Shown piece after piece: positions 34,714 through 46,300 of a stretch of DNA of 64,000 nt. The notes under the pieces are model-generated. The model saw only the letters and a program-made list of their open reading frames with translations. It had not been told where the DNA came from and ran no database searches. The stretch lies in IMG/VR virus record IMGVR_UViG_3300033143_001219, positions 1 to 64,000 of that record. The stretch is one strand, 5' to 3'. The DNA comes from a virus. Within the stretch, counting starts at the first letter, position 1; each line of letters opens with the position of its first letter. The translations under genes were made by a program, and so were the position numbers.

Positions 34714-36767
34714 TAATTCTTTCCTCTGAAATCAGTGTAACCTATAGAATTTATTGCTCCAGAAATACTAGCTGAGCTTGAAAAATAATAGTAAAGCCCA
34801 TCTTGTTGTAGTGAGTAAAATACACTACAACCATAATCGTAGTTGTCTCTTGTTGGGCCTATAAGATATAGTGTACTTTCTAAATCTGAACGATAATATA
34901 GTGATCCACCCCCCGTTGCACCACAAGTAGCATATCCCTGTATATGCGCCAAACAGTTTATACCTAGTGGTTTATACATATTTTCTACATAAGTACTAGA
35001 TGTAACAATAGAATTTGTAATTGTTTTATTATCTAGCCAAATAATAGTATCCCCATCTTGAACAAACGCATATATATTAGAACTACCATCCGTTCTTATT
35101 GAACCAATACGTCTATATGCTGTATATCCAGAAGGAATTCCAGCAGCACTAGTAGATAAATCAAAATATGCATCTATTACTCCATTTGAAACTTTCTTAA
35201 TTAAATGCGTATGATACCATGTATTAGGGGCTAGACCATTTTTCTTAACAGTATCTGCTACAGATACGTCTGTAGTAAATGCACTCTCTATTGTCATAGT
35301 AGTTGAATTAGTAACAACTGTTATCCTTCTACCTTCTACCTTATCATCAGAATATAGAACATCATTAACTGCAAATTCTGTATTAAAAGATGAACTAGAA
35401 CCAGTTACCGCCGTACCTGAAGTAGTAAATGTACCTGTCTCAGTAGTTATTACAGCCATACCACCAGCATTAGTACCCACTGCCCAAGTAGCATCCAATT
35501 GTTTAACCATAGTAGCAGATAATTCTGCAAATGTAGTATCGGATAAACCACACTCTCCAGCTGCTATATCTATATCTTTATTGGCATCTGTTGTATTATT
35601 TGATAAATTAAGTCCTGATATATAATTAAGAGGTACTTTAACAGCCGCAGCCTCCGTAGCTGCTGTATCGGCATATGCTGTAGTAGCTAATTTAGTACTG
35701 TTATCATCTATTGTTTGAGTAGTTGCAGTAGTACCAGTTGGCAAACTAGGAGTTCCAGTAAATGTTGGACTAGCTAAGGGTGCATAATATATACCTTCGT
35801 TACCATCTAATAAATCTGCATTTAAACCGGACCCTACACCATCATTACCAACATGCCATACTGCATTATTATTAACAAACATAGTACTTGCATTAATTGA
35901 TCCAACACCCTTAGGACCACCTGTAGGACTACCAATAACTAATCCACCTAAACTATCGAAGTATCCGCGTTGTGTATTTGTTGTATAAAATACAAGATCA
36001 CTCGCGCTCTCTGTAATTAATTCAAGATTACCTGTGCCTTTATGGAGTATTTGTGAGGTTGCATTAGCACCAGTATTATTTCGTACAATTCTTAAGCCGT
36101 AGTCTGTATGTGTAACATCACTAATTAAGTCTATGTGGCTGGTACCATTACCTGATCTTCCTAAACCTACTTCTATTGCTACAGTTTCTGTGCTTGGGGC
36201 ATTTCCTACAGTTATACCATTTAATGTCGTTCTTAGTTTTTCAGTGTCATCATGGTATAATCTTATATAGGGTGTAGGTCCACCAAGTATTATATTGTTT
36301 TTCTGTGTGTTACCACTATCTTGTGTTCTTAAATATGTATATTGGGATACTGTTAAATTATCTAAAAATAAATCACTAGTTACACCAGAATTTCTAATAT
36401 ACATATTCCCAACAGTATTAGATATATAGCTATTAGTACCACTATGATATAAATACATATCACTATCAGTACCTAAATATATACGGTTATTATCCCCAAA
36501 AATTGCATTGTTACTAGCATCTAATGTTAAAGTTGTAGCTGTGGAATTATCATCTATACCAGTAGAAGTAAAATTAGTAATAGTACCAGACATAGCTCCA
36601 CCAGCTAAACTTAATTTCAAGTTAATACTATCCAATAAATTAGCTTCACCATTCCTAGCTGTTTCTACTTCTGTATCTATAGCTTCACTTGCTACAATGA
36701 AATTAGATATTTGTACATCATATGTTGTAGATCCTAATGCTGGTATATATGCTGTATAATTAGCCAT
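34713..36767 (-). CDS. Tail fibre protein 1
   Basis: MANY anchor, NADLLDG, SPTFTGTP...KLATTAY, YRRIGSIRTD modules. Confidence 0.85.
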   Translation of the reverse strand: MANYTAYIPALGSTTYDVQISNFIVASEAIDTEVETARNGEANLLDSINLKLSLAGGAMSGTITNFTSTGIDDNSTATTLTLDASNNAIFGDNNRIYLGTDSDMYLYHSGTNSYISNTVGNMYIRNSGVTSDLFLDNLTVSQYTYLRTQDSGNTQKNNIILGGPTPYIRLYHDDTEKLRTTLNGITVGNAPSTETVAIEVGLGRSGNGTSHIDLISDVTHTDYGLRIVRNNTGANATSQILHKGTGNLELITESASDLVFYTTNTQRGYFDSLGGLVIGSPTGGPKGVGSINASTMFVNNNAVWHVGNDGVGSGLNADLLDGNEGIYYAPLASPTFTGTPSLPTGTTATTQTIDDNSTKLATTAYADTAATEAAAVKVPLNYISGLNLSNNTTDANKDIDIAAGECGLSDTTFAELSATMVKQLDATWAVGTNAGGMAVITTETGTFTTSGTAVTGSSSSFNTEFAVNDVLYSDDKVEGRRITVVTNSTTMTIESAFTTDVSVADTVKKNGLAPNTWYHTHLIKKVSNGVIDAYFDLSTSAAGIPSGYTAYRRIGSIRTDGSSNIYAFVQDGDTIIWLDNKTITNSIVTSSTYVENMYKPLGINCLAHIQGYATCGATGGGSLYYRSDLESTLYLIGPTRDNYDYGCSVFYSLQQDGLYYYFSSSASISGAINSIGYTDFRGKN

Positions 36768-36786
36768 TTGTTGTTTTCTCCATTAC

Positions 36787-37671
36787 TTATGCAACTGATC
36801 CTTTAACCTGATCTCCATTATTACCACCATCCCAAGTTATAGAATTACCATTTAAACTAACTGCGTTACCAGCTGAACCACCTGAGCCTCCAGCATTAGT
36901 AGGACATATAGCGCTACCACTAGAAGTACCAGAATTACCAGTAATACCATATTCACCGCCATCACCACCAGCACCCGTAGCACCATTTGCTACATTTGTT
37001 AATGCACCACCCGTACCACCTACTGTTGTACCTGCTAACCCTACATTACCTCCAGAACCACCGGATCCACCAGTATCACCGGCCCCGCCACCACCGCCGC
37101 CACCATCTGCTTCACCTGCATCTCCACAAGTTCCAGTACCACCATATGAATGACCACCACCGCCGCCGCCGCCACCACCACTAAATACATCACCATTTGT
37201 ATTATCTATAGTTAAATCTAGTGTAGTAGTTATGGCATCTCCACCGTTATTACCAACAGAGCCTATAGGAGTTCCAGAAGTACCACCAGCTCCACCATCA
37301 CCACCAGCTCCAATTATTTGTCCATTATTAATAATAGTTATTATTGAGCCTGAGGGAAAGTTTCCAATTGTTAGTGCAGCATTTGTTGTAGATGTTGAAC
37401 CTATAATTACTGCACTGTTAATTATTAGTTCATACTGAATAACTGCTGTAGGAGAATCAAATAAAGTAAACATATTTTGATCATCTGCATTTGTTGTAAT
37501 TGTATAACTTTTTAATGCATGTGATTTATGACCCGCTGCTGCTCTTAAACTTTTTAACACAGTTTTCTCCTGTTTTATTGGTTGTTCTATTAGTTGTTCT
37601 ATTGGTTTATTTTTTATACCAAATAGTCTTTTAAAAAACTTTATAATGTTATTAAGCATAATTCTGTCCAA
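36787..37671 (-). CDS. Glycine-rich adhesin, T-even gp38-like
   Basis: IIGAGGDGG, SGGGGGGGGG, GGSAGNAV...ITW...VKGSV. Confidence 0.65.
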   Translation of the reverse strand: MDRIMLNNIIKFFKRLFGIKNKPIEQLIEQPIKQEKTVLKSLRAAAGHKSHALKSYTITTNADDQNMFTLFDSPTAVIQYELIINSAVIIGSTSTTNAALTIGNFPSGSIITIINNGQIIGAGGDGGAGGTSGTPIGSVGNNGGDAITTTLDLTIDNTNGDVFSGGGGGGGGGHSYGGTGTCGDAGEADGGGGGGGAGDTGGSGGSGGNVGLAGTTVGGTGGALTNVANGATGAGGDGGEYGITGNSGTSSGSAICPTNAGGSGGSAGNAVSLNGNSITWDGGNNGDQVKGSVA

Positions 37672-38632
37672 CTAAGTTTCCACGCCACTTTGTACCTCCA
37701 TCATAGGTGAATACTGTTACTACATCTTCGTTACCTGATGTAGTGCCCCATGTTGGTAAAATACCTCCATCCCAATCAACAGATGCTGGAAATGCAGGTA
37801 CTCTATTACCGGTACCATCTTGAATTAATACAAAAGTAACTGTGGTACTTTTGCCTGTTATTGGTATATTTGAAAAAGATATTGTAGTATTTCCCCCCAT
37901 AGTTAACTGAAAAAGACTTCCAGTACTTAAATCCGCAGTATATGTAGTAGTTGGGGTAGCTGTAATACTAGTTTCAGTAATTAGTTTTGTATCTATAATA
38001 GAGAAAGTATTAGTAAGTGTAAAAGTATTAGTAACTCCAGTACCCGCAGCACTCAACGTTGCTCTAGCTGCTGTTGCACTAGTATCATCAATAAGACTTG
38101 CACCAAAGGTGCTAATTGTTGTACTGGCAGGTAAAGAAATAGAACCTAAATCAGTATCTAAACCCAGTGTAGTTAATACTGTATTAGCATCAGCATCATC
38201 AACAACAGTAGCACCGAAGGCGCTAATTGTTGTATTGGCTGGTAACGCTAAGGTTTTAATATCTGCATCAACTTCTGAATCCATTAAAGCACCGGCAGTA
38301 GTTACATTAGTTGTATCTGTTACATCTGCTAAAGCTTCTATAGCATCTAACTTAGTGCCATCAATAGATATATCTCTACCATCTACGGTTCCCGAGACTA
38401 TTATGTTACCTGCTGTTAGTGTAACACCCCCTGTCGAAATAGTTAAAGCCCCAGTCATAGTTCCACCTGATAGATTTAACTTTAAATTAATTCCATCTAA
38501 TAAAGTAGATTCACCATTTCTAGCTGTTTCTACTTCTGTATCTATAGCCTCACTAATAGTAATGAAGTTAGATATTTGCGTTGGGTAATCTATAGCGCCC
38601 ACAGCTGGTATATAAGCTGAATAATTAGCCAT
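37652..38632 (-). CDS. Tail fibre protein 2
   Basis: MANY anchor, TVDGRD..DGTKLD, QDGTGNR..FP.SVDW. Confidence 0.8.
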   Translation of the reverse strand: MANYSAYIPAVGAIDYPTQISNFITISEAIDTEVETARNGESTLLDGINLKLNLSGGTMTGALTISTGGVTLTAGNIIVSGTVDGRDISIDGTKLDAIEALADVTDTTNVTTAGALMDSEVDADIKTLALPANTTISAFGATVVDDADANTVLTTLGLDTDLGSISLPASTTISTFGASLIDDTSATAARATLSAAGTGVTNTFTLTNTFSIIDTKLITETSITATPTTTYTADLSTGSLFQLTMGGNTTISFSNIPITGKSTTVTFVLIQDGTGNRVPAFPASVDWDGGILPTWGTTSGNEDVVTVFTYDGGTKWRGNLVGQNYA

Positions 38633-39720
38633 TACTCTATAACCTCCATTGCGAACCAGTTATACTGTCCACCAGTTTTTAGCCAAATAGCTGCCCCACC
38701 TGAAGTATCTAATGTTATACTTACTGTAAAATAGTCTGTATCCGTTACTTCTAAAATAGGTGATGTTAACTGTATACAAGCCTCCTGACTTAAAGGTGTA
38801 TAATCAATCCTAGAATGAGGTGCCCCCGTATAATTACTTAATCCATTTTTAAGAATAAAATACTGCTCATCTGTTATAGTAGTTCTATCTGCATCAGACA
38901 TGAAAATTTGTGCAGTCATCCTAACTTTAGTTACACCTGTTGGTACATATAATCTATCTTTATTAGTAGTAAGATCATGTATAGTATCCGTATCATATTG
39001 TTCTATATTATAAAGTACACTTGTAGCAGACTCATCATTTATTGTTAAAGTATTTGTAAGTCCTACCAAACATCCCCTAAAGGAAGGTAAAACAGCATCA
39101 GCATAAGCTGTAGTAGCTAATTTAGTACTATTATCAGCTGCCGATTGAGTAGTGCCTGTTGTACCTGTTGGTAAACTAGGAGTTCCAGTAAATGTTGGAC
39201 TAGCTATGGGGGCTTTGGCTGCTATAGTGCCTACACTAGTTACTGCGGCGTCATCATATGCATTAGTATCTGCTTCTAGTTCATATGCAGTTTTAATCTC
39301 TGCACCTGTTTGATCTGCAGTTGCTAAAGTTTCAATATTACCTAATTTAGTTACAGCTGCATCATCATAAGCATTAGTATCTGCTTCTAGTTCATATGCA
39401 GTTTTAATCTCTGCACCTGTTTGATCTGCAGTAGCTGAAGCTTCTATAGCATCTAATTTTGTACCATCAGTTGCTATATCTCTACCATCTACTGTACCTG
39501 AGACTATCATATTACCAGCGGATAGTGTTAAATTTCCAGCTGTAAGCGTAGCACCTCCTGTAGATATTATAAGAGCACCAGTCATAGTACCTCCAGCTAA
39601 ATTTAATTTATCTGTTTCTAAGGCTGATACATCCGTAGTTAATGCTGTAAAACAGTCGTTAATGCTTACAGGGTATGTAGTACTATTTACAGCAGGTATA
39701 TATTGTGTATAATTTGCCAT
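38632..39720 (-). CDS. Tail fibre protein 3
   Basis: MANY anchor, ATADQT repeats, C-terminal beta domain. Confidence 0.8.
   Translation of the reverse strand: MANYTQYIPAVNSTTYPVSINDCFTALTTDVSALETDKLNLAGGTMTGALIISTGGATLTAGNLTLSAGNMIVSGTVDGRDIATDGTKLDAIEASATADQTGAEIKTAYELEADTNAYDDAAVTKLGNIETLATADQTGAEIKTAYELEADTNAYDDAAVTSVGTIAAKAPIASPTFTGTPSLPTGTTGTTQSAADNSTKLATTAYADAVLPSFRGCLVGLTNTLTINDESATSVLYNIEQYDTDTIHDLTTNKDRLYVPTGVTKVRMTAQIFMSDADRTTITDEQYFILKNGLSNYTGAPHSRIDYTPLSQEACIQLTSPILEVTDTDYFTVSITLDTSGGAAIWLKTGGQYNWFAMEVIE
39251..39432. repeat. Direct repeat, ~71 nt near-identical, period 111 nt
   Basis: Encodes ATADQTGAEIKTAYELEADTNAYDDAAVT twice. Confidence 0.85.
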
Positions 39721-39723
39721 GTA

Positions 39724-41310
39724 TTAAACCTCTTCCATTATATATTTTGATTTGTAATAGTTTTGTGCAAATTCAGTAAATTTAGGTACTTTTGTCATTT
39801 TTACTATTCCACTATAATCTTCTTTTTTATCATTTGATACATCTTCTGGAAATAAACTAACAAACATATCGCGCCTTAATCCAGCATTTCTTAATTCATG
39901 TTGTAAAGTTATTCTATCTGTTTCCGTAATAGTACCTAAGCTAAATTCAAACTTTCTGTAAGGAATAGATACGTCTGATCTTAGACTTCCGGAGTCTGTT
40001 CTATATTGTTTAGTTGTTTCTTCCCATGTTAATGAATGGCCATAACCAATATTATATGTAGGTTGTATATACTTACCTACTATTAATCTACCAACCTCAA
40101 AATATGAAATATTACTACCAGCACTAAATAATTCTATTTTAAAACCCCTAATACCGGTTTGAACTGTAGGTATCCACTCAACTATATTAGAGGGGGGGGA
40201 AAATTCTACAGTTATTTTATCTGATCCCCATGCTTCTACACCCCATAAAAATGATCCCCACTCCCATAAGCTAGTAGCTTCAGTTTCAGAAGTAACATTT
40301 AATATACCACTATCCCAAGCTAAGAAATCTGGTAATATTATACCATCAAAATTAGGTGTTGTGATTGTATTAGTAACAACAGGTATAGTAGTATATATAG
40401 GCAATATGTCCCCATCAAAGGAATGGCCTGAAATATCTTCTTCAACTGTAATCTCTGTTCTAGTAGATCCTCCATTATATGCTACACCCACTATGCTATA
40501 TGTAATATTAGAGGCTGTATTAGTATCTCCTGTTACAGTGATTGATGTAGCCCTATTTATTATAGCAGTTTGATCTCCTGTGATATAAAAAATATCATTT
40601 GTAGGATCTGCATTATCTACACCGCCGGTTACAGCAAATGTTGTAACGTTTTCTGTAGCCCCACCAGTATCAACAGTATAGCTTGCATAAGGTGCTAAGC
40701 TACCATCGAAAATAGCTCCACCTGTTTCTTCTTCTACAGTTATAAATGTATCTGGAGCACTATACGTAGAACTAACTACTGTATATATTCTGTTAGAAGT
40801 AGTTGTAGTATCCCCGGTATAATTAAACTTAGTTCCTAAAATATAGTCAGTAGTTACATCTGTAGCTACTTGAAATATATCTTGTGTAGGAGAAGTATTA
40901 TTAGTACCACCTGCACAAGAATGAATATATGAAGTATCCCCTATAACATCAAAATCAACACCAGCAATAAAAATACTTGCACGATTTCCTGCAATATAGA
41001 AATCATCATTGGCACTCTCTGTGCCACCTGTATTAGTATATTCTGTATCTAAAATACTACTATTATATAGTGTTATTCTATATTGCATATCTATAACAAA
41101 GTTATGTCTACCAATAACAATAGCTGAGACATCTTTAACACTTGAAAAGAACCCTTTTATTACTTGGTTAGTATTATCAACACTTCTAGTAATTTTTGAT
41201 CTAGAAGACTCCTGTACATTAAATACAGGTAAATTAGTATCCATAGTAGGCTCTGCAGATATACTTGCAGTATTTATATAATTATCTATAATGAATCTTA
41301 TTTTGCTCAT
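39724..41310 (-). CDS. Distal tail / tail-tip protein with inserted repeat domains
   Basis: Position; YFEVGRLIVGKY.QP.YN C-terminal module. Confidence 0.6.
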   Translation of the reverse strand: MSKIRFIIDNYINTASISAEPTMDTNLPVFNVQESSRSKITRSVDNTNQVIKGFFSSVKDVSAIVIGRHNFVIDMQYRITLYNSSILDTEYTNTGGTESANDDFYIAGNRASIFIAGVDFDVIGDTSYIHSCAGGTNNTSPTQDIFQVATDVTTDYILGTKFNYTGDTTTTSNRIYTVVSSTYSAPDTFITVEEETGGAIFDGSLAPYASYTVDTGGATENVTTFAVTGGVDNADPTNDIFYITGDQTAIINRATSITVTGDTNTASNITYSIVGVAYNGGSTRTEITVEEDISGHSFDGDILPIYTTIPVVTNTITTPNFDGIILPDFLAWDSGILNVTSETEATSLWEWGSFLWGVEAWGSDKITVEFSPPSNIVEWIPTVQTGIRGFKIELFSAGSNISYFEVGRLIVGKYIQPTYNIGYGHSLTWEETTKQYRTDSGSLRSDVSIPYRKFEFSLGTITETDRITLQHELRNAGLRRDMFVSLFPEDVSNDKKEDYSGIVKMTKVPKFTEFAQNYYKSKYIMEEV

Positions 41311-41311
41311 T

Positions 41312-43330
41312 TTATCCCCAAACCTCCAATATTACTCGTTTATCCGTTGGGTACTCTTCCAACCCTATTATTATTACTTTTTTACCTGGGTATGTAAAGT
41401 CATACCTACTATTTAATACTGTTATAACATCCCCTATACTTAATGTAAATGGAGAAGCTACGGCTTCTATTTTATTTATATATCTTTTTTTGCTTCTTAT
41501 TACTGATCTTCTATTTGCTTCAGTATCTGCATCTGTACTTGAATATATTAAAGTACCAACTAAATCTGAATCTGTAAGTAAAGGATATTCAGTATTAGTT
41601 AATCCAGTATATTTAATAACATTACTGTACTCAGTAGTAAGCTGATCTAAGAAGTCTAAATTATCACTCTCTAATACCGAACCAGCTACAGCGGCTTTAT
41701 CTTGTACTGTCCAATTCTTCATATAACCTAGATTAATAGACTTCTCTGGCAGTTCTATACTAGTTATACTTAGACCCTTTTCAACAATTAAATCTTCAGT
41801 TAACGTTAAATTAGATGTTTCAAAAAGTGGATCTACAAATCTGAATATCTGTAATACACATAAGCGTTCAAATCTAATATACCCACCAACTGAGGCCATG
41901 ACTTCTGTTATAACATTTAATACATTTGATTCATCTTTTATATAGATACCTAAACTATCTGTATTAGTAAAAGGTAGTGACCCTGTGGGACTGAATGTTT
42001 GTGGGCATATATCAGTATCAATAGTACTTACTACAGCTAAACTTGTTTTCTCTAGTGTTAAATATTCTACTATAAACGCTGCACTGTGTGAAATTATTCC
42101 CGGCACAATAGCGTTACTGGTATATTGAGTTCTAGCTGCTTGTCCAGTAATATCACAAGTAATTTGTGTACTTTGATCATGTACTAATAAACGTATGCAA
42201 CCAGCTTGTAAGTTTTCTTCATATTGTAATGCATCCACTGTTGGCGCCGTAGTACTTAACCAACCTTCATATGTATGCCCCGTTAACCATCCCGCTACTG
42301 TTGCAGTTTGATCTGTTGCATTAGTATTTACAGTCACGGTATCCGCATCTGTAAAACCTATAACGTATCTAGACTCATCTAAAGTTATATTTCTTATTAC
42401 ACCTCTAGAGTATGTGCCTGTAGTCCATGTTAAACCTGTGCAATCTATTACATTTCCTGTAATAGTTACACTTGTTAATGTTGTACCAGTACCATTTAAA
42501 CTATTATCAACTAACTTATCTAAATTAGCATCATTAATACCAGTTAACTTCACGCCATTAGCGCGCACTTCAGTTACTTCAGATATACCATAATTAGTAT
42601 TATCTGGACATTCATGTATTTGATATACATGATTGTAAGAATCTACTAATACTGGTTCAATATTAAATACTTTACCTAAACATATAGGTACTAAAGTGTT
42701 CTCGGTACCTGAGGGTATAACACCTAAAGAGGTGTCAAAATCTAAATATGCTCCAGAAGTATCATATAACTTCTTGGAAAATATAGTAGGAAACTTATCA
42801 TATAGTCCAACACTATTACCGTTTAAATAATCAACTGTAACACTTGTATAATAAAGTGTAGCTTCTTGCGTTGTTACATTTAAAACTTCTTTCTTATCTC
42901 GTATATTTATAGCTAATAAGTGAGGTTCTGGCGCCGTTAGTGAATCTAATACGCCTTCTAAAATTAAAATAAATTGATTTCTAGTCCAGTTAGGATCACC
43001 TATATATATTTTAATAGTGTGACCTTCCCAAGAATTACTTATACCTAGCATATCATCATATTCACCTTCAGTATTAAGTAATGTAATATTACCAATAGAC
43101 TTGGATGAATTGATTTTAGTTGTTATTCTAGATACATCAAATACTATATCATCATATGATATACTAGATATTGAATCACCCAAAATATTTATGAAGCTTT
43201 CCCCATATCTTTGAACATAGGGATAGCTACTAAAGTACTTTGTGTTTAAACTAGTTCCATCATGATAGGAAATATCTACTAAGACAATTTTATGATTATC
43301 TGCATCTAGCCAATCTTGCTCAGTTGCCAT
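41312..43330 (-). CDS. Tail tip / hub protein
   Basis: Follows tape measure; PICLGKVFNIEPVLVD. Confidence 0.6.
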   Translation of the reverse strand: MATEQDWLDADNHKIVLVDISYHDGTSLNTKYFSSYPYVQRYGESFINILGDSISSISYDDIVFDVSRITTKINSSKSIGNITLLNTEGEYDDMLGISNSWEGHTIKIYIGDPNWTRNQFILILEGVLDSLTAPEPHLLAINIRDKKEVLNVTTQEATLYYTSVTVDYLNGNSVGLYDKFPTIFSKKLYDTSGAYLDFDTSLGVIPSGTENTLVPICLGKVFNIEPVLVDSYNHVYQIHECPDNTNYGISEVTEVRANGVKLTGINDANLDKLVDNSLNGTGTTLTSVTITGNVIDCTGLTWTTGTYSRGVIRNITLDESRYVIGFTDADTVTVNTNATDQTATVAGWLTGHTYEGWLSTTAPTVDALQYEENLQAGCIRLLVHDQSTQITCDITGQAARTQYTSNAIVPGIISHSAAFIVEYLTLEKTSLAVVSTIDTDICPQTFSPTGSLPFTNTDSLGIYIKDESNVLNVITEVMASVGGYIRFERLCVLQIFRFVDPLFETSNLTLTEDLIVEKGLSITSIELPEKSINLGYMKNWTVQDKAAVAGSVLESDNLDFLDQLTTEYSNVIKYTGLTNTEYPLLTDSDLVGTLIYSSTDADTEANRRSVIRSKKRYINKIEAVASPFTLSIGDVITVLNSRYDFTYPGKKVIIIGLEEYPTDKRVILEVWG

Positions 43331-46300
43331 TTATACTATACCTTTTGTGCTCGCTGTTTTAGAAAAGCCTATACTAGTCCCAACATCTTTAGTTGCAACT
43401 CTAAGTTCTTCATTTTTATTAAGCATATCCTCATTTCCTGAAGCTACTACTTGAGTTAAAATACTAATTGCAGATACTATGTCAGAGTTGTCTCCACTGT
43501 TTGTAGATAGTGCATCTGCTGTACCATAAATAGAATCACCACTTCTAATAGATTTAGAAGTATCAGATGTTAATATTGTTTCACCTTTATGTATCATAGC
43601 TACTTGGTCATAACTGATTTCCTCAGCACCAGAAGCAAATGAATTCATTGCAAAGTTACCCATTGTATTATTTAACATTGTTAATTGAGTTAATATAGGA
43701 TTCCAAGAATCATTATTAACTTGATCTAGCTTAACTAATATAGCATCTAGATTATTAACAACTGAAGGCATTAATGCCGTTAGCTCATTATTTAAGTTAA
43801 TTGTATTTTGTTCGTTTAAAGCTACAAGTATATCATCTAATGTTTGTAGTTGTGTTATTGTTTGTAGCTGAAGCTCAGTCAGTGAGTCTTCTAGTGAATT
43901 AATAGCAAGAGTTTCCTCAGATAACCCAATTTCAGCTAATAGATTTTGATCTATAGATTCTAAAGCACCTACAACATTATTAAATATAGCTTGGTATTCC
44001 GGACCAATTGCCCAGAATACGTTTGCTAATTCTAATAATGTAGAAGCACTTTGTAAAAGATCTCCTCTAGCAGCTTCCGCTAACTCAGTATCTTGAGACA
44101 ATACATTTTGAAGGTTCGTATCAAATTGTGTTTGAGCCTCAGCTAATTTTTGTGCATTTGTTAATGGCGATAAATCACCTACAAATAGGTCATCTAAGAA
44201 GTTACCTATTTCTTCAGATAAGTCTTTAAGTGCAGATATTGAATCCATTATACTAGATTCTAAATCTTCTGCTGCTGCAACTTCTGCCTCATATCTTGCC
44301 ATTACTGCGTTTTGTAGTTCTTCAACTAAGTTGATTTGATCAGTAATAGTCTCACCACTACCAACAGTAATTTCTATAAATTTCTCTAATGTAGTTAAGA
44401 ACTCACTAGTATCAGATAAATCTGAAAATACTGAGAAGTTAATACCTTGTCCAATATTACCTAAGCTAGTTGCTAATTTATCAACTATCTTTGTAACACG
44501 AATACTTTGGTATGATACTTCATTCCAACCTAAAGCTGATTGAAGCACAGTTAATATTGAACCATTAATTGAAAGCATAGTATCTTCAATTGAATCAACT
44601 ATTCTTTGGTTATAATCTCTAATAATATCAAGGCGTAGTAAACCATAGTATGTTTCAACTAGTGACATTTCCGTACCTGTTTCCATAGCTTCTTTTACTG
44701 CATCTTCAAAGTCGAAACTTAATTGTAATAATTCTAACTCTTTACCCAGTAAACCAAATAAAGCTATTTGTCTTTCATATTGTTGGTTTAAATTATCAAT
44801 ACTATCTTCTAACTCTACTATTGCTTGTTGTTGATCATCTAAAGCTGCGCCAAGTTGAATCATAGTAGCAAATAAATCTGCACCTGATGAATCTATCTCA
44901 CCTGTTGCAACGTCAACGACTGTAGCGAAAGCATTTGTTTCTTGTCCTAATTCATATACTGCTCTTAGTGCTTCTGAAGTATTATCAGGACCTAGCGTAG
45001 CTAATAAATCTAAATCACCTCTAGCTATTAATTCTTGACGTAAAATGTCAAAACCATTACCTACTGTATCAGTTGCTGTTGCTAAACTTATTTCAAGTAG
45101 TTCTGTTTCTGTAAATAAAGCATTAGAAAACTTATCAAATAATACATTAAATTCATCTAAATCTTTAAAGTTTCTTAAAAATGCTTCTTGCCAAGAGGCA
45201 ACCATTTCTAGCTTTAAAGCTTCAAGTGCTGAATTTATAGTAGTACTTAAATTACCTGTAGATACAATAAATGAAATATCTAAACCTAGTTTATTAAATG
45301 AATTTGATAACTGTATAGTTGTATTAGTTATTCTAATTAATGTATCTGATAACTCTTCACCAGCTCTTGCAAAATCAGTTATAAATGGTATTACCTTCGA
45401 AATTACTGTATTACCCATATTAGAGAACCATGCTGCAATTGCATCACTTTGCTCTTGTACTGATTTATCTTTTAAACTAATTCTTAATGTATCTATACTT
45501 ATAATACCTATATCTGAAAATAATGTTGTTAAATTAGTATCTACAGCGTTGCCAAATACTGTAAAAATACTTGTAATAGTATTAAGAGTATTTGCTAATG
45601 CAAAACTAAGTGCGTTTTCTAATGTCTGTGGTAATGCTCTGTATAATGTTTCTAATCTTGTACTTGTTTTAGAAATTAAACCCCACCAATCATTTGTAGT
45701 TGTAGTTACTTGTGTAACCAATACTGCAGAAGCGTTTTCTAAATTAAATGACAGTTCACTACCTACTAATTGAATTGTAGCACCAAATTGAATACCAGAG
45801 TCTACTAATGAATTAGTTATCTCTTGGGTACTGAAACCTATTTCTTTTAAGAAATCAGATATCCCTGCTTCAGCTAATCCTGAAGTTTCTGTTTTATTTA
45901 TTAGTTCATTGATTTCAGAATAACTTTGCCCACTACCTGACTTTATAGCAAATTCTTGTTTTCCAAATACTTGACCAAAATTAGTAGCTGCTGAAGCCTC
46001 ACCAAATCCACCTAATTGAACTGCAAATACTCTAGCAACACCTAAAAATATATCACCTAAATTATTTATAGCTATTTGTAATTCTCTTTCTGCACTAAAT
46101 AGTTCAGTGTTAGTTTTAACTAATTCATCTATAGAGTTTACTAATGAGTTAGAAATTAAATCAGTACCAACTAAGCCTTGTGATCCTATTGTTGCTGTGT
46201 AATCTTCACCAGCAGTTGCACTACCACTAACACCACCAAATGACATATTAGCTGCAGAAAGTATAGACGTAACTAATCCAGCCATTGCCGCTATTCTTGC

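Noticed and set aside
36987-37184. His/Arg-rich + strand ORF
   Set aside because: Antisense of GGT/GGC glycine codons in the adhesin gene.
35670-39432. Diversity-generating retroelement TR/VR in the fibre repeats
   Set aside because: No reverse transcriptase in the window; repeats are internal and differences are not adenine-specific.
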